Shown: piece by piece, positions 1 to 13,099 of the stretch
Numbering within the stretch: position 1 is the first letter of the stretch
Layout: every line of letters starts with the position of its first letter
Source: Raillietiella orientalis
Taxonomy: Eukaryota
Length of the DNA stretch: 64,000 bases
NCBI GenBank assembly: GCA_036172245.1
Contig: JAYWIR010000020.1
Location: 2,542,001 to 2,606,000, forward strand
Direction of reading: 5' to 3'
Notes under the pieces: model-generated
What the model was told of the DNA's origin: nothing
Database searches by the model: none
The model's input: only the letters and a program-made list of their open reading frames with translations
Position numbers and translations under genes: made by a program

Positions 1-902
1 CTGCAAAAATCCATGAAATGCTTGTCCTCTCCTTTATTGTGTACGGATGATCAACTTCGTCATGCATTCTCATCGACTTCATGTCGTTTTTTTTTTTTTT
101 TTTTTTTACAGCTTTTAAAAAAATCCTAGTTTATGGAAATTATCATTATTTCATGAACCCTCGCACTGTCATCCGAAGTGCTGCAGATGGCATGTGCTTA
201 TCGATTGAAAAATGACAGATATGCCCTCTTTTCTTTTTTCGAGCTGAACTGTCCACGGAAATCGGAATATTTTGTTATGCTATCCTTCCTAGTCCCTAAC
301 AGTAAATCCTCAATGGGTGCGTTGGAATTGGTCCAGACTTTCCTGGTTCAGCTCACGTGCTCTTACTGCTGTTCAGTGGAAATCCTCGAATCTGGGAAAT
401 CATCTCCGGAAAAATCTTGATTGTCTTTGCGTGTTTTCCTCATTGGAATTTCAACAGTCTGGGGAGGGCGTTTGCGATGCAATCATTGCACTGCTTCTTC
501 ATCACATCCTTAAAAGCATGATGCTCATAACGTGTCGAAAACACGATGAGCATTATCGGAGATGGTGCTCATCATGGATCCCGAATATCGCTTTGAACCA
601 TGAATAGCTTTTGCTTCATTCGTGGGAAAACACATGAGGCGGCCTTCTCATCTCCATTCCGAAGCTGTGAATCATAAGCTCATCTGTATTCTCTCTATGG
701 AGCCCTCCTCAAGTTTCAGAACGACTCTGGTTATGTCGAAGTCAAGGACTCCTCAAATGAACTTATTTATTACATATGCTTTTGTTGTGCACCTTTTTTT
801 TGCATTGTAGATGTGTTTTTTTGCATTCTTAATGGAGCCAGGACCGCTCCATTCGAGAGAAGAGTTTCTATTCATTTACCATGTTTTCATTTCTAGGATT
901 CG

Positions 903-960
903 TTTGTTTGTTTGTTTGTTTGTTTGTTTGTTTGTTTGTTTGTTTGTTTGTGTGTGTGTG
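903..960. repeat. Compound microsatellite (TTTG)12(TG)5
   Basis: Directly visible. Confidence 0.95.
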
Positions 961-2859
961 TTTCTGGAATTGAGAAAACTCGCATGAGATGGAAGTAGGC
1001 AGCAACTCAGTATCCATCTTTTTTTCTTCACTTTTTAACCTTTTTTTTTCCTCTTCATCCTCCCTTTCATGATCTTGGACTTACTTTTTCTTAACAAACA
1101 GAACACTTTTCTCTTTTCATATTATTATTTTTTATTTAAAAAAAAAAAAAAGAATGTCGGAGATCCGAGTGCAAAACACCACCATGTGCACCAGCAGCAC
1201 GTACCACTTTAACAGCAGCAGTGAATGAACACGAAATGTTTTGTCTTGCGGGACGCGCAGTGTCAGCATTCAAAATCAGTTTCCCTCTGGTTTCACTTGG
1301 CTCGGACCGAAAACTGTGATTGCAAAGTACTATAACTATGTAATGTAATGTATAAAAATCTCGTTCTTCGTACGGCAGATTTTCATGCATCCACATGATA
1401 CGTCCGCATCGATGTCTGATCATTTGCATAAAGCTGAAGAACAAACACTCCAAGTAAAATCATCATCATGCCTCCGTAACCGTTACTCGAGATGCGAACT
1501 TAATGACACGAGTTCGCCAAGCGATTATTGGATGCTGGATCTGTCTGATGGCTTTGGGTTCCGTCCATGCAGAGACTTTTGTGTGTGTGTGAAGTTCTCA
1601 ATGGGAGAAATCACAATAAACCCTTAGCTTTGATAACCTTCGTTAATGCGCAACATCTCATTTCCCAAATCTTCTTAAGGTCACAAAGGTTGCCATCTTA
1701 CTGAGAGAAAAGAAAATGTTTTCCCGAAGCAAAACCTCTCTGATACAACGCAGTTGCATTCACAAGATGCGGTCGTCAGTAAAAGAGAAATCATGATGTG
1801 GTTTGACGGATTCATTTTTAGAAAATTGTATTCTCAGTCTGCATTAATAAAAGAGCAGGGCGTTCGTTTATCTGATGAAGATGAGCCACTTTCATTGGAA
1901 AGTTTGATTAAACTTAATTAGCTCCACAACTTTTTAACAAAATGGCGCGCTCAGAACATATCTCCTTGTATCTATGATCGATGCAAAAAAATTACAATTG
2001 TGAATGAAAACCCCTCCTGCAATCCTTTTATCTGACAAGTAGGTCAGAGGCAGTCATTGTAAAATTTCCTTTTCTTCTCGACTAAGTGCCTGCAGCGAAG
2101 AGATGTACCAGATGTGCAGCATTATCGATAAGTGAGGAACATTCAGAAGCATAGCGTACACTCGTACAGATGGGTAGACTTCTTGGCCAATTATCACCAT
2201 TCGAGTTTCGGCTGCAATGATCGAGGCGCGCCCAATGGCAGCGATTTTTAACGACCTGTGATTTTCACGATCCTGCATTCCCTTAACGCAGAGGAGAAAT
2301 TAGCAAAAATTCCGCATGTGTGTTTGGTAATCTTGAAGGGCACGTGAGTGGAGAGAGATCCACGGAGGATCAGAGAAACTGTTGGTAGCAATTATCGATT
2401 GCGAGCCATAAAACTTCTTTGCTGAAGAAATTGCTCTTTAGGGAGACAGGGGGGAGGGGAGAGGATGCAAAAAAATAAAATAAAAAGGATTGTTGCTGAC
2501 TGACAGCACCCGGTTGGCAAGCAAAAGCCCCCTTTTCTGCCTGGGAACCTAAAAATGGAAATGCAATAAATAAATTGAACTCCGCCTTGTGTAAGCTCCT
2601 TTCCCATATCCTTGAACGCAGGCTCTCGACGGGCAGCGGATGGACGCGAGATCCACTTTTACATCAAGTCTAACGAGTGTTTAATCAGAAAATTTTAGTC
2701 AGCAAACCGATGCAAAAAAACTACGTCATCGGTGGATTGATCATGCTTCTCTAGTCAAGGTTTGGGTGGACCTGGATCGCGTGGGACGCTCCGTGTGCCG
2801 TTTCGGTTAGCAGGATGCAGCGTGGCGGTCTCCCCCTGTTAGTTGGAGGAACGCAATTA

Positions 2860-3371
2860 CATTACATTAAACGTGCTCGAGCTCATCGCAAGCAGGGAAG
2901 GAGTCCGGTTCGGGCGCTCCGAGGCTCGCCGAAGAAGGTTCAACTTCCCTCGCCGTGCTTGCCGCCGTTCCCATGCTGGCTTTGTAATTAGTACCGTGCT
3001 GCTAATTGCTGTTCCTCATCACGAAGCGTTGCGAAGGTCCGAAGAGCAGCGAATACGGGGAAAGACCTTTCCCCACTACCTACCTATCCATTACTTATCC
3101 GAGACGAGATTTTCTTTTGGGGAAGGCATTGGTAAACATTTCTCCCTGCAGCAGAAGCAAAGGTACTTGATCGTGCAATGGAACTCGTATAAAAATTCAC
3201 TCTCACGTCGTCAACACTTGTTGCTGGGGTGTGACTCCCTTCACGACAGCACGACGTCTCTCTCCTTTGGCTGTCGCAGACATGGTAAATGCGGTGTACT
3301 TGAAGCGGCTTACGGAAGGATGGGGCCGTACGTAGAAGCACCCATTTCCATTTCGCTTCTGCTTCGAGCAT
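2860..3371 (-). mobile_element. Highly decayed piggyBac-like transposase fragment
   Basis: Minus-strand motifs in piggyBac order: KP...CDS, NFYTS (cf. DNFYTS), then NYKASMGT (cf. YNKxMGGVD) in another frame. Confidence 0.35.
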
Positions 3372-4581
3372 CCACTTCCGTACGCATGCACGTGGCAGAA
3401 AAGAACGGCATCCCTGGGAACTGATGAAAGAGGGGGGGTTCGTGAGGAGCTGGTTATCCTGGCAACAACAACCCCTTCAAACGGATAAGATGCGCGGGTC
3501 CGGCTGTTAACCGAGACACCTCCTGTTTGCTGATCACTCCGCTACGGGAACCGCGGGGGATGCATTTCGTGCTCGACCGGAAATTAGGTATCCCACCCTA
3601 CGCACCCGAACGGCAGATGTCGACCACTAGCCAAGAAAGATATTTAGATAGGCGTGCAATGAGATCGTTTTCCCTAGAACGACATGATCAGATGTTTGAT
3701 CCTCTCGATACGGCTTCTGGATTCTTCTGGATTTCTTTTCTTTTTTTTTTCTCGTCTGTGAAAGTACTCCCTTCCCCTCAACACTTGGAGGTTTCGAAAG
3801 CCTAAGAAAATCTCCTTGGTTCGCTTCAGCATTTGAAGGATATCGACACTGAGCAATCAACCTCGGATGCTGGTATGAGGTGACACGGTGGACACCTGCA
3901 ACCGTCAGGACACCTGGAATTCCCTTTCCTGTGGAATGTTCGAGTGCGATAGGTGGGTGGGTGGCTGGGGGGATGGGGGGGCACAGGGAGACTAGCTCAG
4001 GGATAAGCGAGGGAGGGAACGGCTCGTCCGATTTTTCGAGAACGGAATCTGAGAAATCCCAGAATCCGAAACCAAAAAACGAAATGAGGTCGGCGCAAAG
4101 TCCAGGGACAGGCTTCTCCTTTTCCCTTTTCGGGGACCGAGTTTCGTCTCCCTCCTCCAGAGGCATTACTTTTCTGGCAAAGGGAGTACCTGGAGGGATT
4201 GTTGACTTCCACAGAGCATCGAAAACGGGAAAAGACGGGGGAGGAGATGAAAGCTATGTAGCTTCTCGATCCATGGGAGGTGACAATTTTCCAGTATTGC
4301 TCCTGTGAAAGGAGATAGAGAAGGAGAAAAGCTAGAAAAAAAATAAATAAAAAAAAAAAAAAAGAGAGAGAGAAAACAAAAAAAGGGGGACCTACGAGAT
4401 TTTTTTTTTTTTTTTTATGAATGTTTATTGGAACAGTTCAAGGAGTTTCTCGGAACGAATCGAATTTCTCTGACACAATTGCAGGATTCTTCCGGACCCA
4501 CATCAGCATTGAAGTTCTCTCCTCGTCCAGTTGCTACTCGACGGCATCTTTCTCTCTCTCCGATCATTTCTTCGCCATACA

Positions 4582-4589
4582 TATATAAG
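4582..4589 (+). promoter_or_regulatory. TATA box of Tweedle gene
   Basis: TATATAAG about 95 nt upstream of the ATG, with an Inr-like TCAGC near 4624. Confidence 0.65.
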
Positions 4590-4679
4590 GGCCCTTGACT
4601 ACATCGAAAATATTGCCTCGTGGTCAGCCGCAGCACGACAACACGAAGAGAAAGTGGTACCACAGAAGCTTCTGCAAGC

Positions 4680-4694
4680 ATGAAGATGATGTTG
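4680..4694 (+). CDS. Exon 1 of Tweedle/DUF243 cuticle protein (MKMML, start of signal peptide)
   Basis: ATG AAG ATG ATG TTG is followed by the consensus donor gtgagt at 4695 (phase 0). It lies about 95 nt downstream of a TATA box and joins in frame to the exon at 5652. Confidence 0.8.
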
Positions 4695-5651
4695 GTGAGT
4701 ATGCCTCTTTCCCCGCAGACGCTTTCTCGCCCGCTGGACCGCTGTTTCCGAATGGGGCGGAGGGAAAAGGGGAAGCGAATTTTCGAATGTTACCCCGTGG
4801 TGCGTGGTTCCTTGTGATGGTGATGCACGGTTTTCCCCCTGCACCCTCCCACCTCTACCCTCCTCCCCTCGAACGCGGCTGGTGACCTCCAGGAGACGCA
4901 GATGCGAATGGCGGCTGCTTGTCGGCGCTAGCGTCGCTCCTGGAGTGGCTCCCGGGACACTCGCTGCCCGCTGAGGAATTCGTCCGGCCGTCCAGGACGG
5001 CGGCGCCCTCATGGAGCTCCCCTTGCCTCCCCCGTTTCCCTCACCCTCTGCCCCATCCTCCCCCTTCCGAAGGCGGAGAGGACTCCGTGCTCCGATGGCG
5101 AGGATGAGGGCGCTCTTCTCCTTGCAGGAGTGAAGTCGAATGCGCTGTCCAGGGGAAGACCTCGCGGGGGTCTTCCGTGGGGGAGTCTCTTCAGGCGTCA
5201 AAATACTCGTCATCCTCCTCCCTTCGCCTGTCGAAGGAGTACCGCGTCTCTCCTCCTCCTCCTCTTCCTCGGCAGTTGCTCAGCATGAGATTCGCCCTAG
5301 GCGCGGTTCCCTCCTTCCCCCTCCCCCTCGCTCCCCGCCGATTTCCGGGTTCCTTCCGAATCCAGTTCATCCGGACCTTCGCTCTCACTTCGCTCCCAGG
5401 CCGAGGTTAGCAGCCCCTGGCTGGAGGCGGCGCATGCGTCGTGCCGCTCTCGCCGCTTCCTTTCGCGCACGACCCAGGCGGCTCGGATGTTCGCCCGCGG
5501 AGAGGACCGCTGCTCGCGTGTCGAAACGATGCCCTCTTTCCCTGCGGGCAGCCGGCTCGCCGCCAGCACCGGCGCCTCTCCGTCCCTCACCTGCGCCGCG
5601 CTCCCGGGGAAAAGCCGAATCGAGAGCTCACGGTTTCCTGTGTGCTTCCAG

Positions 5652-6026
5652 AGCCTCCTGTTCTGCCTGTGCCTCTGCTATGTGAGCTGCCTCCCTCAGC
5701 CTCAGAGGCAGTTCCTGGGAGGTGACGGGGACATCCACAAGCACGTCTTCGCCTATGTCGGCCCCAACGAACCTCCGGGCCCGGTGATCAGACCCGAGTT
5801 CGACATCCCGAAGGAGACCCACTACAAAATCCTCTTCATCAAGCCGCCCGAAACCCCAGCTCCGGTCTTCGACTTCCCGACCATCCCCGCCGGCCCTGAC
5901 GTGCGCACACTCGTATACGTCCTGCAGCCAAAGAGGAAGGAGCTTAGAGTCCCGGCCCTCGTCACGGCGACCACTCCGAAACCAGCAGCTCCCCAAGTCT
6001 TCTTTCTCAAGTACAACAACAACTAA
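5652..6026 (+). CDS. Exon 2 of Tweedle/DUF243-family secreted cuticle protein (129 aa spliced product)
   Basis: Acceptor ttccag ends at 5651. The exon encodes the hydrophobic rest of the signal peptide (SLLFCLCLCYVSC) and the four Tweedle blocks in order: HKHVFAY, HYKILFIKPP, RTLVYVL and KPAAPQVFFLKY, then TAA. The ORF-track start at 5487 is intronic. Confidence 0.9.
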   Translation, partial: SLLFCLCLCYVSCLPQPQRQFLGGDGDIHKHVFAYVGPNEPPGPVIRPEFDIPKETHYKILFIKPPETPAPVFDFPTIPAGPDVRTLVYVLQPKRKELRVPALVTATTPKPAAPQVFFLKYNNN

Positions 6027-6165
6027 GTGGAGGAAGGCGTTCTCTTTCGGCACGCGAGGAGGAAGCACCCAGGACCTGGGATGCACCCTGAGAGGAAACA
6101 CGGGAAAAAAACCAGATAGGGAGATCCCGTCTCAGGAACAGAAGAAAAGCAAAGCTGAAAATGGA

Positions 6166-6171
6166 AATAAA
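6166..6171 (+). terminator. Polyadenylation signal AATAAA of Tweedle gene
   Basis: First AATAAA, about 140 nt after the stop codon. Confidence 0.6.
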
Positions 6172-7499
6172 AATGCGATTCGTGCTCGGCCTCGATTTCA
6201 TTGGCTGAAGGAGCAGCTGCCCTTACGGGAGGGCTGGAAGGTGGGCTGGAAGGGCAGGGCTTGGCGCACGGCTTGCCTTGACTGCGAATCCACTCGGCTC
6301 TCCGGAGGCTGCAGCAGCCCGCCGCATCCCGTGAGAAACCGCCTCCGTTTTCCACCGCGTTCCCAAAAGGGGGGTTCCACCCTCATCCCTAGCGCAGGAC
6401 TGGACTGCTCCCCTTAGTCGAATCTGCCACTTGGGGCAGCTTTTCCTTCGCTTCTCAGAGGATGCCGTCATCTTCCTTAAAGGCGACCTCCCAGGAGGTT
6501 ACCTTGAGCTCGCCAGAATCCTCCCTCGCGGCAAACGGCCGCGGCGCCTAGATGGCTGCAGATTTCACAACGAAAGATGGCCGCTACCTTCCAGGATGTA
6601 AACGCCCCCCTCCCTCCCCTCCCCCTCATAGACCGGGAAGCCCTCTGTTGAAAGTGAAGGTCCACTGGACAAAACATCTTGGCGGTCGTTGGACATGTTG
6701 GGAGGAGGAATTGTGTCCTTCCCGCAGCCACCTCAGGAAAAAAAGCAGATTCCCATTTTGAATCTCTCATCCTTGTGATTCTTCTGGGAGCCACTGCTGC
6801 AGAAACGTTCCTTCTCCTGGAATTGAGCGTCCGGACATTCCCTTTGGTTCTCCAGCCATTCCCAAAGTCTGGGTTGCCTGCTTCGTCTTACAGTTCCCTT
6901 CCGCCCCATCGCATCGCCACCAATCGCACAGGAGGGAATCTGGGATTCCCCCGTTCATCTCGCTGCCCGTTTCTCCCTTTTCCATCCCTTCCCAGTTTGA
7001 CGCAGCATTACTGCAACAGAAGAGATGAGCGACCTGCAAGCGCACATGGCAACGCTCTTTTCTGGTGAAACCAAGATCGTGCCTATACGCACTCTCTTCC
7101 CTCACCTGCCGCATCCCCCCATGATTTCTGCACATGATCCTCCGTGGACCGTTGAAAAGCCTGATGTTGCTCTCTTTGCCTGGAACGCCCCCTGTTCCTA
7201 TCACCGCAGCAGTCTTGGTGCAGCTTGATAGGACCAGGATATTTTCTATCCCTCTGCCTCTTGCATTTCCTGCATCCCATCTTCCTATCCAAGCTGCTCT
7301 CCGGTCCCCAGTTCAGGATGCTCAGTCGCTCTCCGGCTGCTGCTTGCTAAATGATGCTTCAGAAACGCTGCTCCTCTTGCACCTGCAGGGGTTCACATGT
7401 CCAGGAAGACATCTCGCACGGTCTGCTCCCGTTCTAGCCTCGAGGCTCATCGGCACAGAACAGGTCCTCACTTGACCGCATTGGCGTGGTCGTGCGGAT

Positions 7500-8250
7500 G
7501 AAGTCTCCCCGCCCAGGGTGTTCCCCAGCGTCGCAAGTCCCAAGTCCGAGAAATGAACGCGCCGTGGTTTTCGGTTCATCCCCTGCCCCCCCCCCCCCTT
7601 CCTGCAGGATGACGTCAGCTGGTCTCGGTTGGTTTTCGAATGCGGGAGGAAACCCCCGGATGTCCCCATCGACTGACCGAAACTGGAAGTTAACCCTCCG
7701 GGCTCCTTTCAGGAATTAAGGAGTACTTCAGGGTTGCCCTCCGGTAGTGCAAATGGAGCCGTGCCATGGAGCTGGTTGATGCTCGCTTCGGGGATCGCTT
7801 TTCCGGAGTGTCAAGAAGAGCTCTGCTCCTTTCAAGGAGCGGATCCTTAGGGAAACTGGGAAGCGTTCCTTCGAGGTTCTTCAGAGGAGGAGGACACAAA
7901 GAGCGGTTCCCTTGCGTGTTCCCCCCGGAGAAGAAATTCAGCAGCGAAACCTTTTTGGGGTGTCTTCGGAGAGCGTAGGGAAGAAGGTCCCTTAGAAATT
8001 CCCTGTGGAGACAACCGGGGCGAAGGTTCCCATCTTGGACAACCAGAGCGATTGCGAGTGTTTCCTTTGGTCTCCCCTACCAATCGTAAGAGGGGAGGAC
8101 TCTTCCTCCGGAACCTTGTTGGATCCACAGAGGTTATCCCATAACTTGAGGAGCCACACACTCCCGAGGGTGGGCGTAGACAGTGTTAAAAAGAGGTCTG
8201 TGATCTCCCCTAAGAAGGTTCTTGAGTACTTAGCAAACCAAAAAAAGGAA
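7500..8250 (-). pseudogene. NACHT/NLR-like relic, homologous to 46400-47050
   Basis: Colinear nucleotide similarity to 46450-46760 (shared GGTTGTCTCC, GAATTTCTTCTCC, CTCCTCTGAAGA). Translation EFLLRGEHAREPLFVSSS resembles the NACHT LLxGxLxxxxVLVTSR block. Confidence 0.35.
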
Positions 8251-11200
8251 AAAAAAAGCTGGATGGGAGACAGCGAAAACGACGAACCCCAAAGGATATC
8301 CATCTCGCCCTGTACTTTGGAGGCTCGGGACGGATTCCAGCCTCCAAACCGGAGCTGTCATTCGTTATTTATTTCCCTCGAATTCACCGTAACTCTCATT
8401 ACTATGAGTCTCATTTCATTCTTGGTTCAGATTTCAGACGGACTTCAGTTTTTTTTTTTTTTTGGTTGTCCTTTTTTTCTTTCTTTCTTTTTTTCAGTCG
8501 TAATGTTGGCTCGAACCGAGGCCGAAGCGGCGATCGCAACAGTTCAGCATCCATCCGGACGCGGGAAATTTCACCTGACCTTTTCCCACCCCGCAGTTTT
8601 CGATTCTTGGAGGATCGTTCCGAGCCTGGCACCGGTGAGGGTGCCGCTTCGACGGGGGGGCAGGGCGCTGTGCTTCCTGCGTCCTTCATCCTTGACGGCA
8701 CAGCTGAAGACTGGTCGAGCGGGAGCTCAACCTCATTGTCTGCAGCGGAGGGTGGCTCACGCATCCGCAAGGCGTGTCATTCGCCAGGCCGAGCCCGTCG
8801 TTTCGAGCAGCGCGCCACCCGGTCCGAGAGGTCCGCTGCAGCGGCGTCCGCAGCTTCGCCGCCTCTTTGTCAGTGACTCGGACGGGCACCTTTCTCATAT
8901 GAAGCATGAAAACTCCGCGCTCCAGCTTGACGTTTCTTCTTCCACAAAGGCATCTCTCAGATCCTTTCGTTTTCCTTTTCCTTTCTTTTTTTTTTTTTTT
9001 TAAACACTCGGATGATTTATCGCCCTCTCTGGATCACAGGTCCGCTTTCCTTTCTTCCATTTTTTCCTGAATCTTCTTCTCTTGGCGCTTCGTCGCGACT
9101 CCTCCCGATTGTTGCACTCGCTTCGCGGATGATTTCTGTCCTGTCCAGAGGATACTGGGTGCTCCAAAATAGGAGGAGGAAGCGCCAGCGCCGTTCAGTA
9201 CTCTCGCTGAAATAACGCATCATGAAATATTATTATTATTACATCGGTAATCCCACGAATCACCGCGTCGCCACGTGACTTGGTTTGCCTGTCATCTGCC
9301 TTGCGGTTTCGGAATCATAATGATGATGATAAAGTTCAACTGTCTAGGGAATGCAGCTCACTTGGCAGTGCATTCGACGCCCCAGATGCTCCGGGGAACG
9401 ATCTTGAGGAATTCTGCGTAAACCCATTGAGGAAAGCGCGGAAAGTATGGTGATGGGAGGATGGAATAATTGCGGGGCGGAGTGACTAGCGGGGTGAAGT
9501 AATGATGATGATTTCCAAGTCACCAACAGGGCTATCGCCGCCACCCTCGGCAAGCGCATTCCAACCCTCGCAATGTACGCACATGTACACACGAATGCGG
9601 TGAAAATGCGAGGGTCCAAGCAGCCCGACGTACAGAGGGCTTTTGAGCCGTTCGTTGCGTCGCTAAAATTGTATTCCTGATATTGATCGATCGAACCTAT
9701 TTTCATGGTTCCGGAATACTGAAATTGGGAGGGAAGGGAACATGTATCCTGGATTAAATCTCTGGAATACAATTTCCGTGAAACTGCTCCATGTATATAA
9801 TTAAAATTCTGAATCATTGACAACGAACCCTCCCAAGCGCGCACTCACTCCCATGAAAAAAAAAAAAAAAAAAAAAAACAGCCTCTCTTGAAGCCCTCTG
9901 AGATGTTTCCATAGCCACCTCAACGAAAGATACTCCATGAAATTCACTGTGCTCACGAATCTATATTTTATACTGCCCTACTGGGAGATTTTGTTTGGAT
10001 TTCGGTTGTGAACGCCTCCGTGGTTTCGAAGACTGACGATCGATTGTAATGAAAAAGTAATGAAAATGACTTGAAATCACAAATACATCATTTCTTGAAT
10101 CTCATGGGACCGTAATTTTTTTTTATTTAAAAACTGGTGGCAACACGCTTGCGCATCAAACCTGTAGCACACCTGGAGACGTGATGTTTCGACGCGGTTG
10201 TTTCGCTTTCCCGTTGCCATGACCTTCGCGAGGGGATACGAAGAGGGGACCCCGTGTTCGAGGGATACATCCTGAGGGATACACATATTCAAAGAACTGC
10301 GTTCCTAAAGTGGCATCTTCAATGAGGAACCAAGAAGCTCATGATTCAGAAAGATCTGTTTTGAAGAAGTGACTGGAAACACTGGATACCAAATGATGGT
10401 GATTCCTCTATTCTCCTTCGTCCTCGAAGAAGTACGTCTTTCTTAGGTTAAGCTGATCTCCCCAGAGAAGAGGATCTAGGGGGAAAAAATCGCATTTAAA
10501 GACGAGGTTTGCAAAAAGAATTCTTGAAAAAATAATCCAATGTTGACTTTTTCACTATTCTGATGCACTTTTCCAAAGTTCAGCACTTGAGGAGGAACTG
10601 CTTCTTACAGTCCCTATAGAAGTTCCAGGTTTACAGGACTTTACCTATAACTTTCCGTAAGGCTGAGTACTTCGAAATGGTATGATGGAATGGTATAATG
10701 GAAGCGGCTTTCCTCGGACCACTGGAAGCTAGAGTATGGAATGAATACATAGAAAACAAAAGAAATCTGCAGTGCAAGTTTCCCGATTGGAGGAACAGCT
10801 TTCCTTGAGTGAACAAATTTCGGGAAATTCGGGAAAAGGAGTCAGAAAATTCCAGGAAATTTCTGGAGATGGTCGATCTGTGTGGTTTGAAGGAGCTTGG
10901 ATTTTTTCCACGGAAAAGTCAAGGAGAATAGCAGCGTGCAACCACCTCGTTTTCGGCTGGATCCACCTTCCATTGCAATCACATAGCAAAGTTCTCCAGG
11001 AATCTATCGAACGGCATGAAACGCCAAGATGCAATTGACACGCAGCAACACAGAGGAACACGATCGCAAGAGTGGTTCGTTGGTCCCACGAACGTGGCTG
11101 CTAGCCATGTCCTGCAAGTCGCAATTCCCACAACCGCATCAGATGATGTGGCTCAGGAAGGTCTGCTGTGGATTTTTAGAAACACTATTGCCTGCGGGCT

Positions 11201-12239
11201 GCTGCTATCTCTGGCGTTCACCAGAACGAGCACACGGAGTGTCCACTTTCCCCTGCTTCGCCAACGGCTGATTTCGTGGAACTGTGCTCGTATGAAGTCC
11301 TGGGAAAAGTGGATTCCTGCAAAGGTCCTTGCTTGCCAGAAGGAAACGCTCAAGCGCGCTAAAACTAGGATTTCGACTATCCGGTAAGAACCAACAGACA
11401 AAGAAACAGGAGCAGTCCTTAAGGACTAGGATCTCGATCACTCGAATCGTGATCTTCCCGATCACGGTTTATCTATCTTATTAATCATAAGCAGTACAGT
11501 GCTCCAGAGAGAAAGGAATGCAAGCGAGGATTCCTCATCTCAGGAAACTCCTTCAGAACAATTCCTACAAACATCCTGAACCACTTGATGAGCACAGCAG
11601 AAACCACTTAACGGTATTCGGGCAAAGGAATGGGAGTTTTGCGGAAGAAAAAAGAGAACAAGAAAAGTAGGAAAGAAGAGCCAGCACGAACGCTTCTTGG
11701 AAAGTAAAAGCTTAATGAAAATTATGGATGATCCTGCCGTCTAGAGAAAGATTTGCAGGCGATAAGCTTTTGCTCGTGTCATGGTTTCGGATGCTCGAGC
11801 ATGATTTACATTACGGCAGAGATGACTTCACCTTCATCTACCATCATCACCAAAGCTTCAGGTAAACTAAGGAAGGACCATCTTTTGTTTAAATATTGGT
11901 GACAGCTCTGAAAATCCAAAACGAAACGTGGTCCGATTCAGTCTTAGGCAAGTGGCCGCATAAAAAAACAAATGCTTTTTTTTTTTTTTTTGGCGTTTGA
12001 GAATGGATGGCAGCATGGTCGGTCGTTAGTTACCCAAGAACCAATGAGTGTCACACAGTTGCAGCAATAAGTGAAGGGGAAAGAAAGAAATAGCGTAAGG
12101 GAGTGGTACTGTTCCCGACATTTATCACAATTGCATCCAAAAATAGATAGCCTGATGAAAGTGATGAAAGCACATCTGAGCAAATAAATTGGAATTAGAA
12201 CCACTTATTGATAATTGAACATTAGAACCACGTTAAGAC

Positions 12240-12680
12240 CAAGAGGGAACTTGGTGACTTGGTGCGTGGAACATTTTCCAAAAGTATTTAGATAACCTTA
12301 AACAGGTGCACTTAAAACGAATACTGGATAATCTTTTCCATGCTAGCACTCGCTGGAGAAACCACAACTTTTCAACTGGTTTCGGTATCTGAAAGTCCGT
12401 TTTTGCTGGCAGCATGTCTGGAAGTGAATTACCATCCGCACCAGAGAGCATCGCATTCGAGCATAATTGCTCCATCCGTGATCAGCCAGTTTTCGGGCAT
12501 CCTTTTTGATGCAGCTTCGCTGCATCCCACTCCTCGAGTGAGATTCTTGCTTGCACGGTGCTCCTTTAGAAGATCAAGGCCATTGCAATTACAATTCCCG
12601 CTCCGATTAGCACCTCTGATCTTCAACGTGTTTCACGAAGCTGATGACTGTCCTTATCATCTAGCATGCCTTTGGCTGTG
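12240..12680 (+). pseudogene. Possible decayed LRR-protein fragment
   Basis: LDNLKQVHLKRILDNL, and DDCPYHLACLWL (cf. LRR C-cap CDCxLAWL). Frames are broken. Confidence 0.25.
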
Positions 12681-13099
12681 ATCTATGTGAGATCTTTCGA
12701 GTATTATGAAACTGAAGAGGGTAAAGATGGGACGTAAAAATGAAGTCCTATGCGTGCTCTTCCTGCAGGAAAAGGGAAAAATAAAAGATAGGTCTCTTTT
12801 CTGTTTCTCTAGCTGCAGGATTTCATCCGCTTTTAGTTTTCTGCCTTATTTCCGTGCATTCAGTCCTCTCCTACTTCCATTTCCTTCTATTTTCTTGTTT
12901 CCAACTATCAATCGTCCTGAGTTACCAAACATCCGTACTGACCCTTTCGTCAAGACCGAGAGCTATCTCGTTTGTTCGAGAGATGTCGCCTCAGACATCC
13001 TCATCTCCGTCTGAACGAACGTCTTTTCGAACATTTTTCCCTTTCCCGTCCATGAATTTTGGGGGTCCTATCTGAGTTTATTCTGCTGTTTGAAAATGT

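Noticed and set aside
150..780. Possible Piwi or polymerase-B-like fragments on the minus strand (KTIKIFR, QIRGFPLN)
   Set aside because: Isolated short matches in different frames with no consistent motif order.
5191..5230. FFAT-like EDDEYFDA peptide on the minus strand
   Set aside because: It is followed immediately by a stop and has no supporting exon structure.
4599..5725. Many overlapping Pro/Arg/Ser-rich ORFs, including the 5487 start
   Set aside because: They lie in the GC-rich Tweedle intron, where stop codons are rare by composition.
8005..9003. Longest ORF in the track (332 aa)
   Set aside because: It runs through poly-T/poly-A tracts (FFFF) and has no domain. It is a chance ORF in GC-rich DNA, antisense to a relic.
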